DNA of 36,147 nucleotides from a virus (Duplodnaviria > Heunggongvirae > Uroviricota > Caudoviricetes). Both the position numbers and the translations under genes were made by a program. This document shows, piece by piece, positions 17,760-26,375 of this stretch. The stretch spans positions 1 through 36,147 of the IMG/VR virus record IMGVR_UViG_2623620505_000004; one strand, given 5' to 3'. Positions within the stretch are counted from its first letter, which is position 1; each line of letters opens with the position of its first letter. The notes below the pieces were generated by a model that was not told the origin of the DNA, made no database searches, and worked only from the letters and a program-made list of their open reading frames with translations.

Positions 17760-18148
17760 GCAACACATTTAAATTCAGCAGCCGGAGCGAAAAGAATTTG
17801 CAGGGCGTAAATCCTGATCTGGTGAAAGTGACCCGACGGGCACTGGAAATCTCGGAAGTGGATTTTGGTATCACCGAAGGGTTGCGCAGCCGTTACCGCC
17901 AGAAGCAACTTGTGGCCACAGGTAAGAGCCAGACCATGAACAGCCGCCACCTTACGGGGCATGCCGTGGATGTTGTGGCTTATATCGGCAGCCAGGTGTC
18001 ATGGGAATGGCCGCTGTACGAAAAAATCGCAGCAGCATTCAGACAGGCCAGCCGGGAACTGAATATTCCGGTGGAATGGGGCGGCGACTGGAAGACCCTG
18101 AAAGACGGACCGCATTTTCAGTTACCACACGGAGCCTATCCGGCATGA
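17756..18148 (+). CDS. Endolysin, peptidase M15 (L-alanyl-D-glutamate endopeptidase) type
   Basis: SRHLTGHAVDV and GGDW motifs typical of zinc M15/VanY-type peptidoglycan peptidases; 130 aa. Not the P2 K lysozyme type. Confidence 0.75.
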   Translation: MSNTFKFSSRSEKNLQGVNPDLVKVTRRALEISEVDFGITEGLRSRYRQKQLVATGKSQTMNSRHLTGHAVDVVAYIGSQVSWEWPLYEKIAAAFRQASRELNIPVEWGGDWKTLKDGPHFQLPHGAYPA

Positions 18149-18552
18149 AGCTCTGGCCCACGCTGGGCGTCGCTTTCCTTCTGATTGCCGCATGGGGAAC
18201 ATCCATGCGTCTGTCGTGGTCGCTGGGCCGGGAGAACGCCAGAAACGAAGCGCAGGCCAGCACCCTGAAAAGTACCGTCGACACCCTGAATATCATCAGC
18301 GCCGGGGTACAGGATATGCAGCAGGTGCTGGCACAACTCCGCGTGGAAAATCAGCAACGCAATCAGGACGGAGAAGCCAGACGTGAACAGCTACGCAACG
18401 ATATTGCAAAAGATGAATGCGCCCACGCTTTGCCTGATGCTCGTTTTACTGACAGGTTGCGCAGGCACGCTGAACGCGCCACGGCCAGCGCCGTCAGTCC
18501 GGCTTATACCGCAGACGCTGACCATACCGATAACGCCTCCCCCCGTCCCTGA
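18145..18552 (+). CDS. Rz-like i-spanin
   Basis: ATG at 18145 overlaps the endolysin stop; N-terminal signal-anchor MKLWPTLGVAFLLIAAWG followed by a charged coiled-coil-like region; about 135 aa. Confidence 0.6.
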   Translation: MKLWPTLGVAFLLIAAWGTSMRLSWSLGRENARNEAQASTLKSTVDTLNIISAGVQDMQQVLAQLRVENQQRNQDGEARREQLRNDIAKDECAHALPDARFTDRLRRHAERATASAVSPAYTADADHTDNASPRP

Positions 18553-18703
18553 CACTCCCACATGGGGAAATCTCGGTATATGGGGCGACCGCCTTCTGGA
18601 TGCACTGGAAACCTGTAACGCGGATAAACGGGCCATTGAATTACTGGAACAGCGCAGGCTGCAACGACTGAACAACGAGGACAACAACCATGCTGAAAAC
18701 TGA
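18413..18703 (+). CDS. Rz1-like o-spanin lipoprotein (overlapped frame)
   Basis: MNAPTLCLMLVLLTGCAG carries a lipobox (LTGC), followed by a proline-rich segment; starts inside the Rz frame and extends past its stop. Confidence 0.5.
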   Translation: MNAPTLCLMLVLLTGCAGTLNAPRPAPSVRLIPQTLTIPITPPPVPDTPTWGNLGIWGDRLLDALETCNADKRAIELLEQRRLQRLNNEDNNHAEN

Positions 18704-19157
18704 TTCCCTGCGTGAAGCCATGACCCGTTCATGCCGATGGTGTCAGGCCAACCCGGAAAAATTCACCATTTTCGTGGAGAGCGGCAACATTGAAACGACC
18801 GGAGAAACTCCCTCGTTTGTTTACCGCTATCAGATGGTGATGTTTGTCATGGATTACGCCGGGGAGCTGGACGACCTCACGCTGCCGCTGCTGGCGTGGT
18901 TATCCGAAAATCAGCCACAGTTGTTGCTCAACCCTGAGCGTAATCAGGACATCAAATTCTCCGCCGTTATCAATGACGATGACAGCGCCGATCTCCTGTT
19001 TACGCTTCCCCTGCGGGAACGCGTTCGCATCACGCGCAGCAGTCAGGGCACACCGCAGGCAGAACACCTGCCGGAGCCAAAACCCCGCCTGCCATCTTCC
19101 GAAGGCGACTGGTCGCATGTATTCCAGGATGTGACGTGGGGTGAAAGCGATGGATAA
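18690..19157 (+). CDS. R: Tail completion protein gpR
   Basis: MLKTDSLREAMT..., LLAWLSENQP align with P2 R (MLKPDSLR..., VLAWLRENQP) as remembered. Confidence 0.8.
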   Translation: MLKTDSLREAMTRSCRWCQANPEKFTIFVESGNIETTGETPSFVYRYQMVMFVMDYAGELDDLTLPLLAWLSENQPQLLLNPERNQDIKFSAVINDDDSADLLFTLPLRERVRITRSSQGTPQAEHLPEPKPRLPSSEGDWSHVFQDVTWGESDG

Positions 19158-19785
19158 GGCATTCACCCGCGTGGATGAAACCTTTGAGGCTATCCGCGAC
19201 AGCCTGAATCAGCAGGCCATCAATAACATCGCCAGAAAGCTGGCACAGGATTTACGTCGCGCCCAGCAGGCACGTATCCGGTCACAGAAAGCGCCGGACG
19301 GGACTGCATGGACACCACGCAGACGCCGCGTAACCCGGATACAGGAGCGCATTCGCTTTATCTGGAATAACGAAGCACGCACGCTGAAAAACTGGCATCA
19401 CGACACGGGGAAATACGGGCGAACCATTACCGGGTGGGATGAGGATAAAAACAATATCCGCACGTTTTACCGGGATGACATCGACCGTTTTCTGGAAATA
19501 CGCACCCGGCGCATCAACCAGGACAGCACAAAGCGCGTCCCCATGTTCGTGAAACTGCGCACCGCCCGCTACCTGAAAGCCCGTGCAGATGCTTCCGGTG
19601 TGACGGTGGGTTACAGCGGCGTGGCCGCACGTATTGCCCGCGTTCATCAGTTCGGTGAGCGCGATCAGGTTGCGCCGGGCATTTTCACCGATTACCCGGT
19701 ACGTGAGCTGTTGGGTATCAGCCAGGCAGATGAGCGCCTGATTTATAACACGGTGCTGGGCCGGATTGCGGAGGCTGTACGGTGA
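19150..19785 (+). CDS. S: Tail completion / virion morphogenesis protein gpS
   Basis: ATG at 19150 overlapping the R stop (ORF-track start 19141 is GTG); in the P2 S position; longer than P2 S as remembered. Confidence 0.65.
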   Translation: MDKAFTRVDETFEAIRDSLNQQAINNIARKLAQDLRRAQQARIRSQKAPDGTAWTPRRRRVTRIQERIRFIWNNEARTLKNWHHDTGKYGRTITGWDEDKNNIRTFYRDDIDRFLEIRTRRINQDSTKRVPMFVKLRTARYLKARADASGVTVGYSGVAARIARVHQFGERDQVAPGIFTDYPVRELLGISQADERLIYNTVLGRIAEAVR

Positions 19786-20363
19786 GCGCTGAACTCATGC
19801 GACTGCTGAGCAACATCATCCGTACCGGGATCATCTCTGAAGTTGATGAGGAATCCTGGTGCGTGCGCGTTCGCAGCGGCGAACTGGAAACAGGCTGGCT
19901 GCGCTGGAACACCACGCGCGCGGGTGCCTTCAATGTGTGGTTGCCGCCATCACCCGGCGAACAGGTGGTAATTGCCTGCATCGGCGGCAACCCGGAAACC
20001 GCCATGATAATTGGCAGTCTGTGGAGTGATGCCATTCCGGCACCCGGCAAAAGCCTGAAAGAAATCGTGGTCAGCGCGCCGGATGGCGCGGTGTTCCGCT
20101 ACGACGCGGACGCAGGCGCACTGAGCGCCAGCGGCATGAAAACGGCCACCCTGCAGGCATCCGTCAGTGTGACACTGGACACACCTGTCGTGGAATGCAC
20201 AGACCTTCTGAGAACAGCGACGCTTGACGTCACAAAAGGAGGAAAGATGAGCGGCAATATCACGCACAGCGGCGGCAACTTCACCTCAAACGGCATTACC
20301 GTGCATACGCATAAACACGGTGGCGTGAAAGGCGGCAGCGATTCGACAGGAGGCCCGCAGTGA
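19782..20363 (+). CDS. V: Baseplate spike protein gpV (GTG start)
   Basis: GTG at 19782 after GGAGG; IIRTGIISEVD, WLPPSPGEQVVIACIGG, GNITHSGGNFTSNGITVHTHKHGG align with P2 V as remembered. Confidence 0.85.
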   Translation: MSAELMRLLSNIIRTGIISEVDEESWCVRVRSGELETGWLRWNTTRAGAFNVWLPPSPGEQVVIACIGGNPETAMIIGSLWSDAIPAPGKSLKEIVVSAPDGAVFRYDADAGALSASGMKTATLQASVSVTLDTPVVECTDLLRTATLDVTKGGKMSGNITHSGGNFTSNGITVHTHKHGGVKGGSDSTGGPQ

Positions 20364-20710
20364 CAACCCGCTACACAGGAATGAATCCGGACGGGACGGG
20401 AAACCTGAACGATATGGAGCACCTGAAACAGTCAGTCAGGGATATCCTGACCACCCCGCTGGCAAGCCGGGTTATGCGACGGGAATATGGCAGCCTTGTG
20501 CCTGATTTGATTGACGAACCCATGAATAACACCACGCGTCTGCAATGCATGAGTGCTGCCGTGATTGCGCTGACACGATGGGAACCCCGCATTGCCCTGG
20601 ATGCCATCGACGTTGTCTGGAAAGCGGGAGGCCGCGCCGGGGTGACGCTGTCGGGCACTGTCATGCAGACCATGCAGAATGTTGAGTTAACCATCACGCT
20701 GAGGGAGTAA
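20360..20710 (+). CDS. W: Baseplate wedge protein gpW (GTG start)
   Basis: GTG at 20360 after CAGGAGG; (M)TTRYTGMN...RVMRREYGSL aligns with P2 W (MTARYLGMN...RVMRRDYGSL) as remembered. Confidence 0.85.
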   Translation: MTTRYTGMNPDGTGNLNDMEHLKQSVRDILTTPLASRVMRREYGSLVPDLIDEPMNNTTRLQCMSAAVIALTRWEPRIALDAIDVVWKAGGRAGVTLSGTVMQTMQNVELTITLRE

Positions 20711-20713
20711 ATC

Positions 20714-21610
20714 ATGCCCGCCGTTGATCTTTCCCAGTTACCGGAACCCGCCATCATCGCGGAGCCTGACTTTGAGGCAATTCTGGCTGACACAAAGGCC
20801 ATGATGATTGCGGCTTATCCCGCCGAACAGCGTGAAGCCGTCTCCGCCGCGCTGGAGCTGGAATCGGAACCCCTGAACGTTATCGCCCAGACAACAGCGT
20901 TTCGTGAAATGCTGTTACGCCAGCGGGTCAATGAGGGGGCACGCGCCTGCATGTTAAGCCACAGCGCCGGGACAGACCTGGACAACCTCGCGGGCAATAT
21001 GAACACAAAGCGCCTGACCATCACTCCGGCAACGGATACCACCGACGCGGTGATGGAGAGCGACACCTCGCTGAGACTGCGGGCGCAGCGGGCGTATGAC
21101 GGCCTGAGTGTTGCAGGCCCGTCAGGCGCATACGAGTATTTTGCACGCAGCGCCAGCGGTCTGGTGCGTGATGCGCGGGCCATCAGCCCGTCTCCGGCCT
21201 GTGTGACGGTTTCCATTCTGTCCACTGAAGGCGACGGCACAGCAACGGAGGCGTTGCTTAATACCGTTCGCGCCGTTCTGAATGCAGAGGATACCCGCCC
21301 GGTGGCCGACCGCCTTACTGTACAGAGCGCCAGAATCGTGACATGGCGGCTGAATGCAAAACTGTACTTTTACCCCGGCCCGGAATCCGAACCTATTCTG
21401 GCCGCGGCGGAATCGTCATTCAGGAAGTGGCTGGCTGAACAGGGGCTTATCGGTCAGGACGTGGCGTTGTCCGCCATTGCTGCCGCACTGCATGTGCACG
21501 GTGTGCAACGCGTGGAGATAATCGAACCCACACAGAATATGGCCATCAGCGACATACAGGCGGCGCGCTGTGAGTCATTCACCATCAGCGAAGGTGGACG
21601 CAATGAGTAA
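20714..21610 (+). CDS. J: Baseplate assembly protein gpJ
   Basis: 298 aa, GAGGGAG RBS, position between W and I. Confidence 0.8.
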   Translation: MPAVDLSQLPEPAIIAEPDFEAILADTKAMMIAAYPAEQREAVSAALELESEPLNVIAQTTAFREMLLRQRVNEGARACMLSHSAGTDLDNLAGNMNTKRLTITPATDTTDAVMESDTSLRLRAQRAYDGLSVAGPSGAYEYFARSASGLVRDARAISPSPACVTVSILSTEGDGTATEALLNTVRAVLNAEDTRPVADRLTVQSARIVTWRLNAKLYFYPGPESEPILAAAESSFRKWLAEQGLIGQDVALSAIAAALHVHGVQRVEIIEPTQNMAISDIQAARCESFTISEGGRNE

Positions 21611-22211
21611 TTCGTTGTTACCACCATCAGCCAGCAATTTCATGCGTTGTGCCGAAGCCGTCGGAACACGCATTACAGACATTCCGGTAGACCTCAACAC
21701 GCTGTGGTCGCCGGACACCTGCCCGGTGCATCTGCTGCCTTATCTCGCCTGGGCGTTTTCCGTTGACCGCTGGGATCGCAACTGGCCGGAAGAGACAAAG
21801 CGACAGGTGATTCGTGATGCATGGCTGATACACCGACACAAAGGGACCATCAGCGCACTGCGAAGAGCCGTGGAGCCTCTCGGCTACCTGATTGAAGTAA
21901 AGGAGTGGTGGCAACTCAACGAGGAGCCGGGAACATTTCGCATTGTTGTCGGAGTACTTGATCAGGGCATCACCGATGAAATGTATCAGGAACTTGAGCG
22001 CCTTATTGCGGATGCAAAACCAGTAAGTCGCCATCTGACGGGGCTGGCGATCAGCCTGAGTGTGAACGGAAAGATTTTCGTTGGTACGGGATGCTATCAC
22101 GGCGATGCCCTGACGGTTTATCCCTACACCCCGGAGTCCATTATTGTCGAAGGGGATTATTTCCCTGCCCCGGCCATTCATTTAATTGATAATCTGAGAG
22201 TAAACGCATGA
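21603..22211 (+). CDS. I: Baseplate protein gpI
   Basis: ATG at 21603 overlapping the J stop (ATGAGTAA); about 202 aa. Confidence 0.75.
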   Translation: MSNSLLPPSASNFMRCAEAVGTRITDIPVDLNTLWSPDTCPVHLLPYLAWAFSVDRWDRNWPEETKRQVIRDAWLIHRHKGTISALRRAVEPLGYLIEVKEWWQLNEEPGTFRIVVGVLDQGITDEMYQELERLIADAKPVSRHLTGLAISLSVNGKIFVGTGCYHGDALTVYPYTPESIIVEGDYFPAPAIHLIDNLRVNA

Positions 22212-23692
22212 CAGTGAAATACTACGCCATTCTGACTAATCAGGGCGCGGCACGACTGGCTAACGCGACGATGCTCGGCAGTAAGCTGAATCTGACGCAA
22301 ATGGCCGTTGGTGATGCAAATGGTGTGTTACCAACACCAGACCCTGCACAAACAAAACTGATTAACCAGAAACGCATTGCACCGCTGAATCTTCTGAGTA
22401 TTGACCCGAACAACCAGAACCAGATTATCGCGGAGCAAATCATCCCTGAGAACGAGGGCGGATTCTGGATCCGTGAGATTGGTCTTTATGATGATGAAGG
22501 CGTACTCATTGCGGTGGCAAACTGCCCGGAAACGTACAAACCGCAGTTGCAGGAAGGCAGTGGACGCACCCAGACTATCCGCATGATTCTGGTTGTCACG
22601 AACACCGAAGCCATCACGCTGAAAATCGACCCGTCTGTGGTTCTGGCAACCCGCAAATATGTGGATGACAAAATCTCAGAGCACGAGCAGTCACGACGTC
22701 ACCCGGACGCCTCGCTGACTGTAAAAGGTTTTACTCAGTTAAGCAGCGCAATTAACAGTGAATCAGAAACACTGGCCGCAACACCGAAAGCGGTTAAGAC
22801 TGCATATGACCTGGCTAACGGGAAATATACCGCCCAGAACGCCACCACAACACAAAAAGGGATTGTTCAGCTCAGTAGCGCCACAAACAGCACGTCTGAA
22901 ACGCTGGCAGCGACACCAAAAGCTGTTAAGGCGGTAATGGATGAAACGAGCAAGAAAGCACCATTAAACAGCCCGGCACTGACCGGAACGCCAACAACAC
23001 CAACAGCACCACAGGGGACTAATAGTACCCAGATCGCAAGCACGGCTTTCGTTATGGCCGCGATTGCCGCACTTGTAGATTCGTCACCTGATGCACTGAA
23101 CACGCTGAACGAACTGGCTGCGGCGCTGGGCAATGACCCGAATTTTGCGACCACCATGACTAACGCGCTTGCGGGTAAGCAACCGAAGGATGCCACCCTG
23201 ACGGCGCTGGCGGAGCTTGCTACATCAGCAGATAAACTCCCATATTTTACAGGGGCAGATCGTGCCGCGTTAACCGCGTTGACAAGTGTTGGACGTGCCA
23301 TTCTTAGTAAAACCAGCACTCAGGGAGTTCTTGATTACCTTGGTTTGGGAGAAGCGGCTAAAAGGAATGTAGGGACAGGTGCGAATCAGATACCTGATAT
23401 GGGTAGTTTTATGCTTTCTGCTACAGTTCCTGGATATCAAAAATTGCCATCCGGTTTAATTATTCAATGGGGGCCAATTGATGTTCCGCTGACGTCTCAG
23501 GACACAGCAACCTATTTTCCGATTGCATTTCCGAACAGATGTCTGCGGGTATTTGCGACTCAGGATTACACTCCCGGCAGTGCAAATGTTGGCTATATAG
23601 CTTGTGCCGGTTATAACCAGGACCCAGTGAAATTTATTTCCAGAGCAGGCGTACCCGGTATCGGTGCTTCATTTTTCGCATTAGGGTGTTAA
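22208..23692 (+). CDS. H: Tail fiber protein gpH (constant N-terminal part plus currently expressed variable C-terminus)
   Basis: N-terminal and central blocks ([48 protein letters not shown] repeats, [55 protein letters not shown]) are near-identical to P2 H as remembered; the C-terminus after LDYLGLGE diverges. Confidence 0.88.
   Translation: MTVKYYAILTNQGAARLANATMLGSKLNLTQMAVGDANGVLPTPDPAQTKLINQKRIAPLNLLSIDPNNQNQIIAEQIIPENEGGFWIREIGLYDDEGVLIAVANCPETYKPQLQEGSGRTQTIRMILVVTNTEAITLKIDPSVVLATRKYVDDKISEHEQSRRHPDASLTVKGFTQLSSAINSESETLAATPKAVKTAYDLANGKYTAQNATTTQKGIVQLSSATNSTSETLAATPKAVKAVMDETSKKAPLNSPALTGTPTTPTAPQGTNSTQIASTAFVMAAIAALVDSSPDALNTLNELAAALGNDPNFATTMTNALAGKQPKDATLTALAELATSADKLPYFTGADRAALTALTSVGRAILSKTSTQGVLDYLGLGEAAKRNVGTGANQIPDMGSFMLSATVPGYQKLPSGLIIQWGPIDVPLTSQDTATYFPIAFPNRCLRVFATQDYTPGSANVGYIACAGYNQDPVKFISRAGVPGIGASFFALGC
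22736..22930 (+). repeat. In-frame tandem repeat in gpH ([19 protein letters not shown] twice)
   Basis: Two 63-nt units at 22736-22798 and 22868-22930 encode near-identical 21-aa segments; the same repeat exists in P2 H as remembered. Confidence 0.6.
23328..23353. promoter_or_regulatory. Left recombination (gix/cix-like) crossover site inside gpH
   Basis: TTCTTGATTACCTTGGTTTGGGAGAA; its reverse complement TTCTCCCAAACCAAGG... shares a 14-nt core with the site at 25168-25193 in inverted orientation. Encodes LDYLGLGE at the constant/variable junction of H. Confidence 0.6.
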
Positions 23693-23718
23693 TTTCTTTT
23701 AACTATATGGAGTGAAAA

Positions 23719-24159
23719 ATGAATTACATATATTCCGCGACTACAAACTCTTTCTATCCGCTGGAGATGAAAGAGGATTACACTCAAGCTGACTCATGGC
23801 CAGATGATGCTGTTGAAGTTGATGAGCAAGTGTATATTGAGTTTTCCGGATTACCGCCGAAAGGAAAAATCCGTATCGCTGGAGAAAATGGTTTTCCTGC
23901 ATGGTCTGAAATTCCACCACCAACACATGAGGAACAGATTGCTGCAGCCGAATTGAAAAAGCAGCAATTGATTAATCAGGCCAACGATTATATGAACAGT
24001 AAACAATGGGCTGGTAAAGCGGCTATTGGTCGTCTGAAAGGTGAGGAACTGGCGCAATATAATTTGTGGCTGGATTATCTGGACGCACTGGAGCTGGTCG
24101 ATACTTCCAGTGCGCCAGATATTGAATGGCCTACTCCTCCGGCAGTTCAGGCCAGATGA
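23719..24159 (+). CDS. Tail fiber assembly protein (Tfa/gpG-like), currently expressed copy
   Basis: 146 aa immediately after H; C-terminal DYLDALELVDTSSAPDIEWPTPP matches the C-terminus of the opposite-strand copy (DYIDAVTATDTSTAPDVIWPELPE). Confidence 0.8.
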   Translation: MNYIYSATTNSFYPLEMKEDYTQADSWPDDAVEVDEQVYIEFSGLPPKGKIRIAGENGFPAWSEIPPPTHEEQIAAAELKKQQLINQANDYMNSKQWAGKAAIGRLKGEELAQYNLWLDYLDALELVDTSSAPDIEWPTPPAVQAR

Positions 24160-24727
24160 CATCCGGCGCGGTGCTGGTATCTGTTGCCGTCACCGCGTCA
24201 ATGTAATCCAGCACAGCGTTAAGCCGGGTTGTTTCTGCCTGCGTCAGTTTCCGCCCGGCCCGTAATTTCAGCTGAATCAGACTAATGGAAGCCATTGCTG
24301 CATCAATAAGTGACTGGCGCTGTGCTTCTGCCGCTTCTACTGCGGCACCGTGTTGTGCCTCAGAATCTGTCACCCATTTCTCACCATCCCATTTATCGTA
24401 TGGCGTTAACGGTGAAAGCGTGACATAACCGTCTTTGATGGCACCGATATAATCCACTGTAACAGCTGCACCATTTTCTGTTGAGTAAACAGTCTCATTG
24501 CGATGGTCTTCTTCATGGCTCCATCCCTTACCCGTAAATACTGCCACTTTTCCCGGAATGTTTTCGCCCGGGTCAATACCAGTGGAACAGGCGGGCATAC
24601 TTACACCAGTATTAATATATTCATCAGACCAGCCCGTATATTCATACGTTACTGCATCATAATAAAAACAACGCATATCGCCCGGCACTGTAGCCAGTCC
24701 ATTTTCATCAAAAATTGGGGTCATCAT
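24131..24727 (-). CDS. Alternative tail fiber assembly protein (Tfa'), opposite strand inside invertible segment
   Basis: 198 aa; convergent with and overlapping the plus-strand Tfa 3' end; conserved Tfa C-terminus; start ATG overlaps the stop of the alternative fiber cassette (ATGA). Confidence 0.75.
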   Translation of the reverse strand: MMTPIFDENGLATVPGDMRCFYYDAVTYEYTGWSDEYINTGVSMPACSTGIDPGENIPGKVAVFTGKGWSHEEDHRNETVYSTENGAAVTVDYIGAIKDGYVTLSPLTPYDKWDGEKWVTDSEAQHGAAVEAAEAQRQSLIDAAMASISLIQLKLRAGRKLTQAETTRLNAVLDYIDAVTATDTSTAPDVIWPELPEE

Positions 24728-25167
24728 TTAGCCCTCACCAGAAAGTTAAATGCAATATTTCGCGGTCTGACGGCAACAAAATTCACACCATCACCCACAG
24801 AGTTACTGGTGAAATTAAATCGTGAAAATCCTGGCTGATTTCCGGCGATACCATCATGAAAATTAATTGCGTGGCCCGCACCATCGCCTATATTCCCGGC
24901 AAACTGAGAAAAGTTTGTAGCTGCCTGCCAGCTTAATAATTCGCGACCACCGTCTACACCTCGCCCGTCATCCCAGATACGAATGAAATCACCGCGGGCT
25001 TCAGGTAATACCAGCGAAGGAAACACTTTCGCCAGCACAGGGTAATCAGTGGCAGAAAATTTCGCCCCGTTGAACTTCAAAAACACCATACTGGACCAGC
25101 TGTCGATTACAGTATTTGGCATTGCCGCGGAGGGCCAGAAGAACGGAACGCCAATAGCTGGAGTACC
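24724..25167 (-). CDS. Alternative tail fiber C-terminal cassette (start-less; fuses to gpH after inversion)
   Basis: Minus-strand frame reads through the right crossover site as ...FLNVGLGEG..., continuous with the H junction motif LGLGE; no plausible own start. Confidence 0.6.
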   Translation of the reverse strand, partial: GTPAIGVPFFWPSAAMPNTVIDSWSSMVFLKFNGAKFSATDYPVLAKVFPSLVLPEARGDFIRIWDDGRGVDGGRELLSWQAATNFSQFAGNIGDGAGHAINFHDGIAGNQPGFSRFNFTSNSVGDGVNFVAVRPRNIAFNFLVRAK

Positions 25168-25193
25168 TTCTCCCAAACCAACGTTTAAGAAAA
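25168..25193. promoter_or_regulatory. Right recombination (gix/cix-like) crossover site
   Basis: TTCTCCCAAACCAACGTTTAAGAAAA, an inverted copy of the 23328-23353 core, about 55 bp upstream of the invertase gene. Confidence 0.6.
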
Positions 25194-25248
25194 TGCAGAG
25201 ATTACGGCTAACTGGCATCATCCCCGGTTTTTATTCAGGGGATCCATC

Positions 25249-25848
25249 ATGCTTATTGGCTATGTCCGCGTATCAACAAATGACCAGAATACAGAATTGC
25301 AGCGTAACGCGCTGGAGTGCGCAGGATGTGAACTGATTTTTGAAGATAAAATCAGCGGAACGAAATCAGCCAGACCGGGATTGAAAAAACTGCTCAGAAC
25401 GCTATCAGAAGGAGATACGCTGGTTGTCTGGAAGCTGGACAGACTGGGCAGAAGTATGAAACACCTGATCACGCTTATTGAGGAATTGCGGGAAAAAGGT
25501 GTTAATTTCCGTAGTCTGACGGACAGCATTGACACATCAACACCCATGGGGCGTTTCTTTTTTCACGTCATGGGGGCTTTAGCCGAAATGGAACGTGAAT
25601 TAATTGTAGAGCGTACACTGGCCGGGCTGGCAGCAGCACGCGCACAAGGACGCATTGGCGGACGTCGCCCGAAGTTGACAAAAGAACAACACGAGCAAAT
25701 AGCGAGGCTGATTAAAAACGGTCATGACAGGAAACAACTGGCGATCATTTACGACATCGGCATATCGACGATTTATCGTTATCACCCTGTAGGCGATATA
25801 CAGGCTGAAGAAACAACCAGGCAGACTCAGGAAAATAAAAACCGCTAA
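25249..25848 (+). CDS. Serine DNA invertase (Gin/Cin/Hin/Pin family)
   Basis: MLIGYVRVSTNDQNTELQRNAL..., VVWKLDRLGRSMKHL, C-terminal HTH; 199 aa, the classic small serine recombinase/invertase architecture. Confidence 0.9.
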   Translation: MLIGYVRVSTNDQNTELQRNALECAGCELIFEDKISGTKSARPGLKKLLRTLSEGDTLVVWKLDRLGRSMKHLITLIEELREKGVNFRSLTDSIDTSTPMGRFFFHVMGALAEMERELIVERTLAGLAAARAQGRIGGRRPKLTKEQHEQIARLIKNGHDRKQLAIIYDIGISTIYRYHPVGDIQAEETTRQTQENKNR

Positions 25849-25867
25849 TCTGACCATTAGCGGTTTT
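25840..25867. terminator. Bidirectional intrinsic terminator between convergent invertase and gpU
   Basis: AACCGCTAA-TCTGACCA-TTAGCGGTT, a 9-bp stem, flanked by A-run upstream and TTTG downstream. Confidence 0.55.
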
Positions 25868-25874
25868 GCGTTAA

Positions 25875-26369
25875 TCAAAACAGCCCTTTAACGGAGCTGG
25901 CCGCGCTGTTAAGGGATGATGTGACCTTATCTTTGAAGCCGGACAGCATATCACTGAACGATGAGGATTGCAGGCGCTCCCGCAAATCCTCATCACAGCG
26001 TTCAAGAGTCAGTGAAAATTCTATCTTTTTCGCCTTACCGTAGCGATCAAACTCGGAACGGGTCGTATTCGTTTCAGTCAGTACATACATGCCGTAAATC
26101 TGCCCGACACCATCAATCAGAGGCCAGGGGCGTCCTGTATATGCCTGCGTGGTCAGCAACGAAAGCGACACTTCGCCACCTGTAATTTCAGGATAAAGCA
26201 CGCCGGAAAGCACGATGCGATCATCACCTGCGCCGATATATTGCCAGCTTGCTGAACGATTAACGCGTTCATTTTTCACATGCCGCCAGCTTTTGTTTTG
26301 CTGTAACTGCTGATGCGGCAATGTGCGCAGCTCAAAAACAAACATGCCGTAGATCATCATCATGGCCAT
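25875..26369 (-). CDS. U: Tail protein gpU
   Basis: MAMMMIYGMFVFELRTLPHQQLQ...WRH..N.RVNR...LSGVLYPE.TGG aligns with the P2 U N-terminus as remembered. Confidence 0.85.
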   Translation of the reverse strand: MAMMMIYGMFVFELRTLPHQQLQQNKSWRHVKNERVNRSASWQYIGAGDDRIVLSGVLYPEITGGEVSLSLLTTQAYTGRPWPLIDGVGQIYGMYVLTETNTTRSEFDRYGKAKKIEFSLTLERCDEDLRERLQSSSFSDMLSGFKDKVTSSLNSAASSVKGLF

Positions 26370-26375
26370 GACTCC

